From positions 1 through 64,000 of the forward strand of contig MU271321.1 in NCBI GenBank assembly GCA_021432655.1: 64,000 nt of DNA. The letters run 5' to 3'. Shown here in pieces: positions 27,085 through 38,350 of the stretch (the first letter of the stretch is position 1; every line of letters begins with the position of its first letter). This DNA is from Atractiella rhizophila (Eukaryota). A model generated the notes under the pieces. It did no database searches, was not told the DNA's origin, and saw only the letters and a list, made by a program, of their open reading frames with translations. Both the position numbers and the translations under genes were made by a program.

Positions 27085-28800
27085 TCAATTTCCATCTCCA
27101 ATTCTATCTTTCCTCTTTCCCCTTTGCACTTCATCTTCATTTATCCTCCCAGACAGAGCCCTTCTAGCCATTACAAAGCTTGGAGGATCCACACCTTCAT
27201 CTAGCTCCTTTGCACCAAGATCATACAACAGTTGGTTGCATCCCAAGGTTGAAGCAAATGAAGGTGGAGGGAGGTTGGAGGAGAGATTGTAGTGAGAAAT
27301 CGTCACCAGAACAAGCGTGTGAGGCTCTAGGATCTGGTACAGGTACGTCAAGCGGCGTGCTTTATCAAGCGTAGCAAAGGCATTTATATCTTTCAAAAAC
27401 TAACCAGCATATAAGATATTGTAAGTGCAACAGAGAGCTTGTTGGTGCTACCTACTTCTCCTGTTGCAGATGAAAGTCGATCCTGAAGCCAGCACTCCGT
27501 CTCTTCTGAAACCGCTGGACCAACTATTGACTCCGCCTTCATGTCAAGATCATCCATTGCTGCGTCTCATGCCTTCTTGTTGTGTCGGTTAACATAGAGA
27601 GCCTCATGTTGTTGGTTCGATGGAAGGTACAGCATTGGTACTTGATAATCTGTGGAAGGTAAGATTTGAAGCCTTGAGGATCCCTTTCAGATCAGAAACT
27701 GAGACGTCATGGGTCGTTCCCCACTCGCCGCAATTTACATCACTTCTCGGTAAAAATATGCAAGTGAAAGAAAGGATGAACTGGACAAGTATCGAACTCC
27801 TTCTGGATCACAGTGTAGAACATCCTCCCTGGTACTATGCGTTCGCACTCCATACATTCAGAACTATACATTGCCTCTTTTCCATCCTTCCCTGGGATGA
27901 TATTAAGAAATTGTCCGGGTTAATAGACTTTCTGATCCCTGAGCAGGATGACCTGCCTTTCTTCTAAAGTTCCGTCACGTTTGTCCATTAACAGCTCCAT
28001 CAGCTCTCCAACTTGGTCCTCATTCTCACTCGAACTTTTCGCAGCACTCTCATCCTCACCAAAAGTAGGAGTCAGTTCAGTGTCAGTCCAGTCATCATCT
28101 CAGACAGTGGGATCATGATCTTCCATTCGGGCAACTTCGATAAATGCTGCTTTGAATGATGCTGAGGGAGGATGATCAGTACCGGACGGTGCGAAGAAGG
28201 AATGCTTTGTGGAACCAGATTTAGATAAGGCTCCCACACAGGCTGACAGGAAGAGATGAGCATCGAGTTGTCGAAAAATCCATACCAGATTTTGACCGTG
28301 TTCAGTGTCGCGGAAAAGGAAGAAATGAAAGAGCAAATATCCGCCATATCGGTGACTGATGGGGAAGCGAATGAGATGTGGAAGGTATGCCTAAGCTTGT
28401 CAGGTTTGGAGCAATTGAAGGCAAGGTGAGGAGAAATGGACCCAAACTTGGGATTTCGAAGCTTGAGAGATCACAGAATCGCTGATCAGGAAGGGCGAGT
28501 CGTAGCTCTCTTATGTGGCATCCCTTGCTCTTGAGAATGTGTTCAAGCTGCTTTTTAAGCAGTATTGTTGCTTTTTCTTGGAAGACCATGTATTGAAACC
28601 AGCGGAACTCTTGCTGTGAAGCATCCTCCCAATTGCTGGATACATCGTTATGAAACCACAGTATGCCGATACTAATGGTTCGCACGAAAGGTATCACTGA
28701 GGATGGGCAGAGCGTCGGATGTAACCAGCGACACGTTGCAGAGGCAGAAGTAAAAAGGCCATCGGATCAAGAAGCCACCAGGACATAGCGCTGCAGCATT
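27085..28800 (-). pseudogene. degenerate Leu-rich (LRR-like) gene relic
   Basis: Fragments such as HIRELRLAL and IAPNLTSLGI in broken frames with several stops. Confidence 0.35.
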
Positions 28801-28950
28801 GTCATCTATAGGGACTAGAAGTTGCAAGTCGCAGTACCAGGAAGCAGCTCTAGTGAAACTTTGATGGGGTACCGAGGCTGGATGACCGCCACTCTAAGGT
28901 AAGACAATTGAGCTTGGTTGCGCCGCTGGTCGTCTGCGTATGCATCGCCC

Positions 28951-29436
28951 TGTTAGGGCTGACACTATGTGTGGTCGCCGATAGGCGATTGTCAGGGTTC
29001 GAGCCCCTGATATACCTTAAGTACAGACCAAGATGGGTGTAAACACCCATCATTAGCTCTTTTAGTTCAGTTGGTTAGCTGTTGGTCTGTAGCCATCCTG
29101 ACAGCGATGTGTCTGTTTGGAGATAAACCTAAGAGAATACTCTAAGGTCACCTCCACTACTCTCTGATCTATATATACAAGCAGAATAACACTGCCACAA
29201 AGTGTAGAGGAGAGCAGATGAAACGTGTAAGAGAACTAAAAGGGGAAGGGACAGTGGGATTACGCGGAGTTAATAAGAGAAGGATAGGCACAATTGGGCT
29301 AAGTGGTGATGTAGGTGCAAATAGGCGACAGGAGACACAGTGGCGAACGGGAGCCGATTCACAGGGAACGCAAATGGGCGATAGGAGACGCAATCCGGCG
29401 AACGGGCGCCGATTTGCGTAAGATGCAAACCTGACA
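28951..29436 (-). mobile_element. solo LTR (family X), interrupted by a nested 114-bp element
   Basis: TGTTAGGGCT...CCTGACA ends; 5-bp TSD CGCCC (28946-28950 and 29437-29441). Homologous in inverted orientation to both ends of 37206-38239. Confidence 0.85.
28990..29103 (+). mobile_element. 114-bp mini solo-LTR/TRIM-like element with tRNA-type B-box and A-box motifs
   Basis: TGTCAGG...CCTGACA terminal inverted repeat; 5-bp TSD GCGAT (28985-28989 and 29104-29108). Absent from the homologous LTR copy near 38190. Confidence 0.88.
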
Positions 29437-29769
29437 CGCCCTTCCTCAACTGCCTAACCGTGAAGTGACAACCTTTGCAAATGTACCTCTCGAAATTTGC
29501 TTCTTATCCACCAATGCGCTTCTACAGAGCCTACATTCACTCTCGCAACACTCTCCCATTCTGTGTCAACAACTACGACTGCTTCTCGTTCCAGTGTTGT
29601 TCTCACACATCAGCTGCCTCTTATTTACGTACGACCTGTGCGACACTTTACAAAATCCGCTTGCCTCTCCAAAGATCAATAATATAAGTATGGGAATTTA
29701 CTGAATTGACCCTGAAGCATTGCCCCCACCTTGATTGTACACCTCTCCCCTTTCCTTGTGACTGGCACA

Positions 29770-30073
29770 TGTGAGCTGATCCCCAGCGAAGTGAGATGGT
29801 GGAAACGCTGGGGAATCAGGTTGGCGATGGCCCTAACCCTATGTACACGTGCCGACGAGTGGAGAACAAGATAGAGAGAGGGAAGTGAAGCGAGAGGAAA
29901 CGAGCGAATGGAAGGAACATGAACGAAGCGAGAGAAACGAGCGAATGGAAGGAACATGAACGAAGCGAGAGAAACGAGCGAATGGAAGGAACATGAACGA
30001 AGCGAGAGAAACGAGCGAAGGGAAGGGAAGTGACGAAGTAAAACGGAGTCAAGTTGTATGTCCCTCTCTCACA
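29770..30073 (-). repeat. 3' LTR of copia element (304 bp, three 37-bp tandem units)
   Basis: TG..CA ends; matches 36187-36513 apart from two indels and one terminal base. Confidence 0.95.
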
Positions 30074-30088
30074 CCCCCCCTCACTCAA
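30074..30088 (-). promoter_or_regulatory. polypurine tract
   Basis: TTGAGTGAGGGGGGG immediately before the 3' LTR. Confidence 0.85.
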
Positions 30089-30330
30089 GGCACCGGGCAC
30101 ACAAAACAAGCAGCAGTAGAAAAGGCAAAAGGAGGGAAAAGGGCAAGAACAACTTAATGTGGCCAAACATGCAAACGTGATATCAAGATTGTCCTAAACT
30201 ATTTGAGATGACTAATAGAAATGAGTAAAAAGTTAGAATGAAATTGTAATAGCCTAGAAACTGGAAGTAGCACAATTCCGAAGTTGTGAGAATAGGATGG
30301 AAACCTGAGTCGAACACTGCAGTCACACAT

Positions 30331-33300
30331 CTAACTAGACAACAGCCCTATAGCGGAACACATTTTGGAGTGCTGTAGGTATCCCAGGCCCTTTGTCAGC
30401 ACATCAGCTACCATATCTTGTGTAGGGATCCATTCGAGTACGATCTCCCAGACGCTACCTTTTCCCTTGTAAAGTGGTAGTGCACATCGACGTGCTTCGT
30501 CCTACCATGGTTAGACGGATGTTTTGCTAGAAGTAGGGACCCCTGGTTGTCTCCACTGATCAGTGTCGCATTCTGTTGTGGAAAACCAAGCTGTGATAAC
30601 AGTGTCCGTAGCCACATCGCCTCCCTTGCCGCTGTCGAGAGTGCAATGTACTCAGCCTCAGTCGAGGACATCGCGACTGTCGGTTGCATCTTGGATATCC
30701 ATGATATTGCTGAGCGTCCCAGGCGAAACACAACGCCAGATATCGAGCGTCTAGTATCCAAGTCAGCAGCATGGTCAGAGTCAGAGAAACCTTCAAGGGT
30801 TGTGCTACCCGTTGCATCCCAACTGAGCTTGAAATCCAGTGTGCCTAAAAGGTATCTGAATATCCTTTGAACCATTGTCCAGTGGCGACGTCCAGGATTG
30901 GCGTTGTATCGTGCTGCCCTGTTCACAGCGAATGCAATGTCTGGTCGAGTGTTTACTGCAGCATATATCAGTGCTCCCACAGCTTCCCGGTAAGGAATCC
31001 TTTTCATATACTCCCTTTCCCCATCAGTCTGGGCAACCCAAGACTCAGTCACCCGATCATCGATGTCGCATGGCGTCTTAGTCGGTTTCATACCCTGCAA
31101 CCCATACTTTTCAATGCATCTGCGCACATAAGCCTCCTGGTCCAAGGTAATAATACTTCTCTCTTCATCCCAAGTTATGTTCATGCCTAGGAAATTCCCA
31201 ACCGGCGACGTCGTTATTTTGAATCGCGAGCGAAGCGCAGTATACAGCTTCTCGATGAGTGTGTGAGTTGACGCTGCGACAAGACCGTCATCAACGTGAA
31301 TAGCTACAATAGTCAGCCCCTCTCCATCATTTTTAAAATATACCCCATGGTCTGCATCCAAACGTGTAAATCCTTGCTCAATAAAGAACGCGTGGGCGGT
31401 ATCGTTCCATCCCTTGCCTGCCTGCCGTAGGCCATATAAGGTCTTTCGCAATCTGTAAACGTGAGCAGGCCGTTGCGGGTCGACAAAACCTTGAGGCTGA
31501 CGAAGATATACTTCCTCACCCAGTATTCCATTCAAGAACGCATTGCTGACGTCGAATTGTCCTAGCTTCATGCGTCTGGACGCTGCGAGAGAAAGAATGG
31601 CGCGAATAGATACTATACGCACGGTAGGAGCAAAAGTGTCTTCGAAATCTACTCCCTCAGTCTGTGTGTCGCCCCGAGCAACGAGTCTTGCCTTGTACTT
31701 GATAATGCTTCCATCTAGATCCCTCTTTATCAGCAAGACCCATTTGCAACCCACTGCTTTCTTGCCAGAGGGCAGTGGAACAGGTTCCTCATCCCATGTT
31801 CCCATATTTTTCAACGCCACTATCTCCGCCAAGATCGCCTCCCACCATTTCTCAGCATCAGGCCCAGCGAGCGCTTGTTTGAAAGACGGTTCGTCTAGAC
31901 TACCTGTCCATTTCACATTAGCCGCAAACACCTGCCAGCGTCTCACGTCTTCGCCTTCACCTGAGATTGATGATTGTAAAGATGAGCGTACTGCGGACGC
32001 CATCTTCCTGCTCGCTAGTGAGGGAATGAAATCTCGGTCAGTGGATCGGAAGTATGCATCAAGAAAGTAATTGGAATGTGTACGTGTCCTCCCTTTTTGG
32101 TTTGACGGCTTACCCTTCAGCTGGGCAGTATAATCAACTCGCGATATATCACGTCGTGGACGTTGGTTTGGGGGTGGATATGGTGCAGGTGAGTGCTGTG
32201 GTATCCGCTTGCGTACCTGTCTAACAGGGACCATTTGTGCCTGCACAGCGTCTTCGCTTGCGGTAGGGCTCGGCAACCCCCCCTCAACATGATCTAACTC
32301 CGTCCGAATATGAATATCTGGGGTAGTTGAAGGCGTCGTGGTGGGTTCGGAAGGAGGAAGTTGTACGGAAGGGTTATTGGGTGGCATGGTGGGCGGTACT
32401 ACTTCGTCAGGACCTGGAATGTTAACGGGAACCTCGTCAGCTAAGCTATGAAACTCAGAGGGCATGAACTCGTCGAGGGTCCAGTCACTGAGGCGTTCGG
32501 TATCCTCCGCACTCCGATCCCGATAAAACTGATCTTCGAACCATCTGACATCCTTCGCTTCCACAAATCGCTTTTGCGACGGTACCCAAAAGAGCCAACC
32601 CTTCACACCAGGTAGATATCCTACGAAGTATCCTCGCGCCCCTCTCGGATGGAGTTTCGATATCTGCCTCTCCTTTGAAATGTGAACAATAGCTAAGCAG
32701 CCAAAAGTACGAAGAGAAGAAACATCAGGGGCTATGCCTGTCCATAATTTTAAAGGACATTTCCAAGAACCATGCGAAAAAGTGGGTAGATGATTTAAAG
32801 TGTGAACAGCAAACTGAACTGCTTTCTCCCAGAAAGATAAAGGCAAACCAGATTCCAAGAGAATTGTGCGAGCTACATCGAATATTGTATACCAACGTCG
32901 TTCCATAAACCCCATTTGGTTGTGAACGTATGGAATTGAAGTCTCGTGAGTGATACCTGATTTCTGTATGAAAGATTTGAAAAGGACTGACTTGAACTCC
33001 CCGCCGTTATCGCTTCGCAGGATCTTCACCTTAATGCCATGACGACGTTCCGTCTCTGTGATCCACATTCTCAGAGCCGTGGCGGCATCTGACTTGAGTC
33101 GTAGGGGAATCCACCATATCATGGCAGTGGACTCTTCTACGATTCCGAGTCCATAACGGTAGCCACTCTGCAATGCAGGTACTGGCGCAGGACCCCACAA
33201 GTCACAATCAATCCGTTCACCTTTCGTGAACGAAGATGTTGTTGTGGTCCTTCGATTCGGACGTGCTTTCGATTTCCCAGCCGCGCAAATAGTACAGGAT

Positions 33301-36077
33301 TCAAACGTGGTTTGATTACAATCAAATCCTGTAACCCAATCTCCCGTACATAGCTCCCGCCAGCGTTTGGCACCAATGTGACCTAAACGTGAATGCCACG
33401 TTTTGGAATTCGTAACTGCAAAAGCAGACGGGCTTGAGTGAGCTATGTTCGCTATTTGGATAGGTAGGGAGGGGGAGCTCGCCTGGAGTTCTATCTGCGA
33501 CTGGCCGAACTTTGCCATACCAAAGTGTCTACCATCTTCACGACGAAAGAAGAGGTGTTCGCGGTCGTTGGTAAATCGGATCCCACGGCGCATGAGGTCG
33601 AAATGAGATACCAGAGTGACACCGAGTCCAGGGACGTAGAGACCGGTGCCAAGGTCCGCTTGGGAAATCGAGAGCCCGCTTTGATCCTCAAGAAGTGGTC
33701 GAACTCTGCCCATATGGGTCGCGAATCCGCCACTCCCAAACGCGCCACCAACGAAGACAGGAGGTAATATCGGCTGGAGGTCATCGAACAGTTCGGTGGA
33801 GCCGGACATGTGAACTGTTGCAGCCAAGTCGACGTAGCAATCCACAGATATGGAAGGGATATCTGGGTGTTCACGCGCGAGGAAGCGGAAAGCCGTAGGA
33901 TGTATAACAGCATCGTAGCTCGTAAAAGGAAATGAGTGAGTATTCGAATCGAGGTCGGATAATGTGGAGGAGTGGAGAGCAGCAACGTTCGCCGCGTAGT
34001 CGATGGGTAAGAACCGCTCGGCAATAGAAGCAGGGGATTCCAGAAGACGAAACAAAGTCTGAGGTAATTCAAAGTTAAGATAACGAGATAAAGCAAATGG
34101 CAAGCAATTTTGAACCCAAGAAGAAAAGGACAAGGCATTCGGACTATTGTTAGAAACAGAAGGAAAAAGTTTTTCATTTTGAACCGAGGAAACGAAAGCA
34201 TGAGGTGAAACAAGGAGGGAAGATTGATTTGGCGAGGGAGGGGGCTTCTTCGAGGTTGCTTCGTGTTCCTCTACACAAGCTAGGTATTCCGAGTCTGAGA
34301 TCTCCTGTAGCGCGTCTTCAAAAGCCATGTCACCATCAGGAGCATATTGAACGTGGGTGTGAAAATGCGATTCGGAGGAAGGAAGTGGGTTGTCGTACGT
34401 GTATCGAGGGATGAAAAGTGGGTGGATCTTGAGCTCAGGATCTCGCGCAGGTTGAGGTACGGGCCAACGGCGTTGTTCATAAGCCGCTTGAACATAGGAA
34501 GGCCAGTATGCTAAATCACCGGAGTAAATCACTCTGCCATCCAAATTTCCATCGAATCGACCGTCTGGGCCAGGGCTAAACACGTCATTTCCGCTGCGTG
34601 GGATACCGGTATCATTGAGCTCATCGCTCGTCGAGAAAGCAGGGCTGGCAATTAGTACAGATGGATGGACATAATTCGGTCGTCCTGGAGGACTTGGACG
34701 AAGAGTGATACCCATGGAGGCGAAAGCAGCATCACGGGCAGTATCCCGTTGGCCAGCAGGGACATGGCAACCGGAAGAGATATGCCCCATCCCGAGACAG
34801 TAGACGCATTGGTTCGGGTGTACAACGAAATGTCCCGAAGGCGCTATTGAACCTGGCCATAATTCCAGTCCGTCATAATCCCATGCCCGTTTGCCAAAAA
34901 CCCTTGTGCCAGGCCTGCCATAAACACGGCGTGTAAAACGGTACTCCTTTCCGAGTTGCTGTAGTGTAGGGGGGCGGACTGACCAATGCTGATATTGGCG
35001 TTGATTGGTCTTAGGGCTAGAAGATTGAAAATGAGGTGTGGTAGCACGAGGCGCAGGGGAATTCGACGAGGCCGTACGGTAAGGGGGGGTTGAACGATGT
35101 CGCAGCGAGGAGTCAACTGTTTGAAACGTTCTTGAAGGAGAAGGGGTCCATCGAGGCATAGGAGTATAGGATCCCATCGGAGGCTGGGACGATGGGGGCA
35201 GGGGTACAGATTGGGAGTATGGAGTCGATACGGCGTAAACACTCGTTTCCCTTTGATAATGGGGGTTCATCCCTGCGTCCCCATTTTCGATGACTGTGTT
35301 CGTCATGTCTTCTGCCTTCAATTTTTTGAATAGGTCGGTGATATCGTTTCGGGTTACATTCTTTGGGTTCAAGGCAAATTTTCTCCATTCCGGTTCAAGG
35401 AGATTGACGAAAATGAGGAACTGGACCGCATCAGAAAGTGCATAAGACGCATCGGCAGAAACCAATTCAGCATAAATCGCATTCCAGTCGGTTATGAATT
35501 GCGCCATTGATCCAGATCCAGATCCCCTTTGATGAAAATTAACTAATCGTGCAAAAATGGTATGGCCCATGACTGCCTGCGTGGTACCAAAAAGGGTACG
35601 CATCTTCGCAACGATCGCACTGGCGACCCGGCGGTCCTGTTCAGAAAGTTGATTCGCCGCCATCACATCGAGATTGGCAAGGAGTATGGCCACCGCTCTC
35701 GCATTTCCAGCTTCCCATTTCTCCATAGCATCCTCCCATTGCGACTGATTTTGAAAATCGTTACGAACCGGTTTAGACCGACGGAATTCCCCCTCAGAAG
35801 CGATATCCAGAGCATAACGGTAAACCATTTTCACTTGCAAGCCCAATTTCATCGCCTCCCACCAGCTCTTGAATCCCACGTGTACTATAGTTGGTACTCC
35901 ATCGATGATCAACCCCGGGGAGGTGGAAGAAAGCTCCATGTCAGCACTACGAAAAGAAATCGGAGGAGAGGATCTAATTAAAGGTTCGGTAGTATGCGAT
36001 GGTGTTGGAGACAGAGGTCGAGAAGGGATATGTGGTGGTGGATCTCTATCGTCAGATGGTGTTAGGTATCGAGACAT
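30331..36077 (-). CDS. copia Gag-Pol polyprotein, with a frameshift near the RNase H C-terminus
   Basis: Zinc knuckle CVYCLGMGHISSGC; protease CYVDLAATVHM; integrase WHSRLGH, CTIC, DLWGP, SDNGGEF, MERRW; RT KARLVARG, DVSNAFL, LYGLRQA, HVDD; RNase H SDSDHA, SSTEAEY, GDNQG. The terminal EIVLEWIPTQDMVADVLTKGL lies in another frame after ~30448. Confidence 0.95.
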
Positions 36078-36174
36078 ATGATGTTGACAGGGTCAGATTT
36101 GTTGTTACAAAATTCGTAATGGGCGGCGTTAAACCCAAAACTGGATACACGTGGGTATTCTAGCTACTAGATGT

Positions 36175-36186
36175 CTCTCGCTACCA
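36175..36186 (-). promoter_or_regulatory. primer-binding site, probably initiator tRNA-Met
   Basis: TGGTAGCGAGAG directly after the 5' LTR; resembles the Ty1 PBS TGGTAGCG. Confidence 0.8.
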
Positions 36187-36513
36187 CGTGAGCTGATCCC
36201 CAGCGAAGTGAGATGGTGGAAACGCTCAATGACATGAAATGAAGCTACATACCTGATCCCCAGCGAAGTGAGATGGTGGAAACGCTGGGGAATCAGGTTG
36301 GCGATGGCCCTAACCCTATGTACACGTGCCGACGAGTGGAGAACAAGATAGAGAGAGGGAAGTGAAGCGAGAGGAAACGAGCGAATGGAAGGAACATGAA
36401 CGAAGCGAGAGAAACGAGCGAATGGAAGGAACATGAACGAAGCGAGAGAAACGAGCGAAGGGAAGGGAAGTGACGAAGTAAAACGGAGTCAAGTTGTATG
36501 TCCCTCTCTCACA
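36187..36513 (-). repeat. 5' LTR of copia element (327 bp, two 37-bp units, extra 60-nt GT..AG segment)
   Basis: 304 - 37 + 60 = 327; ends in CG rather than CA next to the PBS. Confidence 0.95.
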
Positions 36514-37205
36514 GCACAATTGACAAAATGCCAGCTGTTATGAATTTAATGCTTGTATATGGGCACTTGCACAAATCAAGAATGCTTACTATGCGTACGA
36601 TTTCAAGTTCAAAAGCAGCGATCGTTTCCTCCTTGCCACAATGGCATCCATGACCACACTCTGCGAATGCTTCAAGGGCCACCGTGGTTAGGATCGTCCC
36701 AACCAACAAGAATCTGACAATAACCTGCTTAAGTAGATGATCAGTTGAAGGTTAACCATACGTCAAACGATTCAGGCGAGTTATTATTTTTTTGTGGTAC
36801 GGAAAATCTTGTCAAAGTGCCAAAGTGCCAAAGTCAGTCACTTGACTCAGTCATGAAGACAACTATTTTTGGTCCTCTAAATAAGCTTTGTTGAATACAG
36901 TTTGAAAGGTGCCGACACGCGTGTTCTCATGGTATGCTCAGATTTCTGGTAAGGTTGTTGTGGGTGGTGAGAGACGTGCTCAAAAGTACATGTGTGAGTC
37001 ATGCTAAAAACCTGTCGTGCTTTATATGTAAGATAGAATTCCACCTCCTGATGCTCATGCATTTGCAAGAGCTCTGACAAATGTAACTAAGCCGTGCTTA
37101 GCTCTGCTCACGCACAATTTCCAAAAGTGGGGCCAGAGGCAACCAATTACGGAATTAAGGTGCAACCTGAACAACAAAGAAAGAAGTATAGTTTTGATTG
37201 CCCCC

Positions 37206-38239
37206 TGTCAGTATGCAAATCGGCGCCCGTTCGCCGGATTGCGTCTCCTATCGCCCATTTGCGTTCCCTGCAAATCGGCGCCCGTCACCTATCTGCTCGC
37301 AGACAAATCGGCACCCGGTCGCCAGTTTGCCCATTTGCGCCTCCATCACCACTTGTGGTGCGGGCAGACTGGACAGATCCAAAACTCGGCTTACCTGCGG
37401 GAGTGGGGAAGCAGGGGAAGCTGAAACATTTCCTGCCCTTCCGATAAAGCTCGCTTCCGCCAGATGCTCATGTGCTTTCCGAAAGGACAAGGGCTCACAA
37501 TCAAGTAGTTGTTGAGTGCATTATCATTCACGTGGTCTATGTGATTATGAAGTAATGTATGTCGAAGCAACGCAAAGACGGAAAGGAAAGAAGCAAGGAC
37601 CAACTTGACGGAAGGTAGCAATGAGGGAAGGAACTACGAGTGGAAGGAATTGTTCAAAGAGAGAGCGGAGTTGTTAAAGACCGTAACGAGGACAAGAACG
37701 GTTGTTCTTATTGTGTCCAACCCCACCACATTTGCTGCACGTTTGTGACTTCTTGATGCGAATGACGCAAGCGTCACGGAACACGCGTGAACAACGAGAT
37801 TCCGACCAACATGTTGGGCTTACGGATTATTCCATGTCATGGCCGGACTGATCGGGCGAAACCGTCAGCTCCGCAGCAAACCTTGGCGAAAATAAGGTAA
37901 GCTCTGATTAGCGCTTTCCAGTCTGTCCAATCCCCTATATACTCTCACCACTTAGCTCATTTGTGTCTATTCTCCTCTTATTAACTCCGCATAATCCCAC
38001 TGTCACTTCCCCCTTTTAGTTCTCTTACATGTTTCATCTGCTCTCCTCTAAACTCTGTGGCAGTGTTATTCCGCTTGTATATACAGATCGGAGAGTAGTA
38101 GAGGTGACCTTAGAGTATTCTCTTAGGTTCATCTCCACTACAGGTTAGTCTTCATGTCATATCATGCCCTTAGGTTCATCTCCACTACAGACGCATCGCC
38201 CGTCAGCGACCGCACATAGTGTCAGCCCTAGCCCTAACA
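37206..38239 (+). mobile_element. long (1034-bp) solo-LTR-like composite of family X
   Basis: TGTCAG...CCCTAACA ends; TSD CCCCC (37201-37205 and 38240-38244). Both ends homologous to 28951-29436, with ~600 extra bp between two TCACCACTT repeats. Confidence 0.8.
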
Positions 38240-38260
38240 CCCCCAAGTGGTTTAAAGCAG

Positions 38261-38322
38261 AACGTCGACTAAACTGGATCACCTCATTCACAACGTCGAC
38301 TAAACTGGATCACCTCATTCAC
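38261..38322. repeat. perfect 31-bp tandem duplication just upstream of the CRN-like gene
   Basis: aacgtcgactaaactggatcacctcattcac x2. Confidence 0.9.
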
Positions 38323-38350
38323 ACTCCACTACAACGAGGCAGACCTGATC

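Larger units (their letters stand above)
29770..36513 (-). mobile_element. full-length Ty1/copia LTR retrotransposon
   Basis: Two LTRs, TSD GCACA (29765-29769 and 36514-36518), PBS, PPT, and a single ORF in copia order Gag-PR-IN-RT-RH. Confidence 0.97.

Noticed and set aside
29897..30007. 37-bp repeats that could suggest a CRISPR array
   Set aside because: Contiguous tandem units with no spacers, inside an LTR of a eukaryote.
34050..34090. YLNFEL resembling a viral 2A peptide
   Set aside because: No DxExNPGP motif follows.
28951..38239. One large DNA transposon with long TIRs carrying the copia
   Set aside because: Each inverted copy has its own distinct 5-bp TSD, so they are independent insertions.
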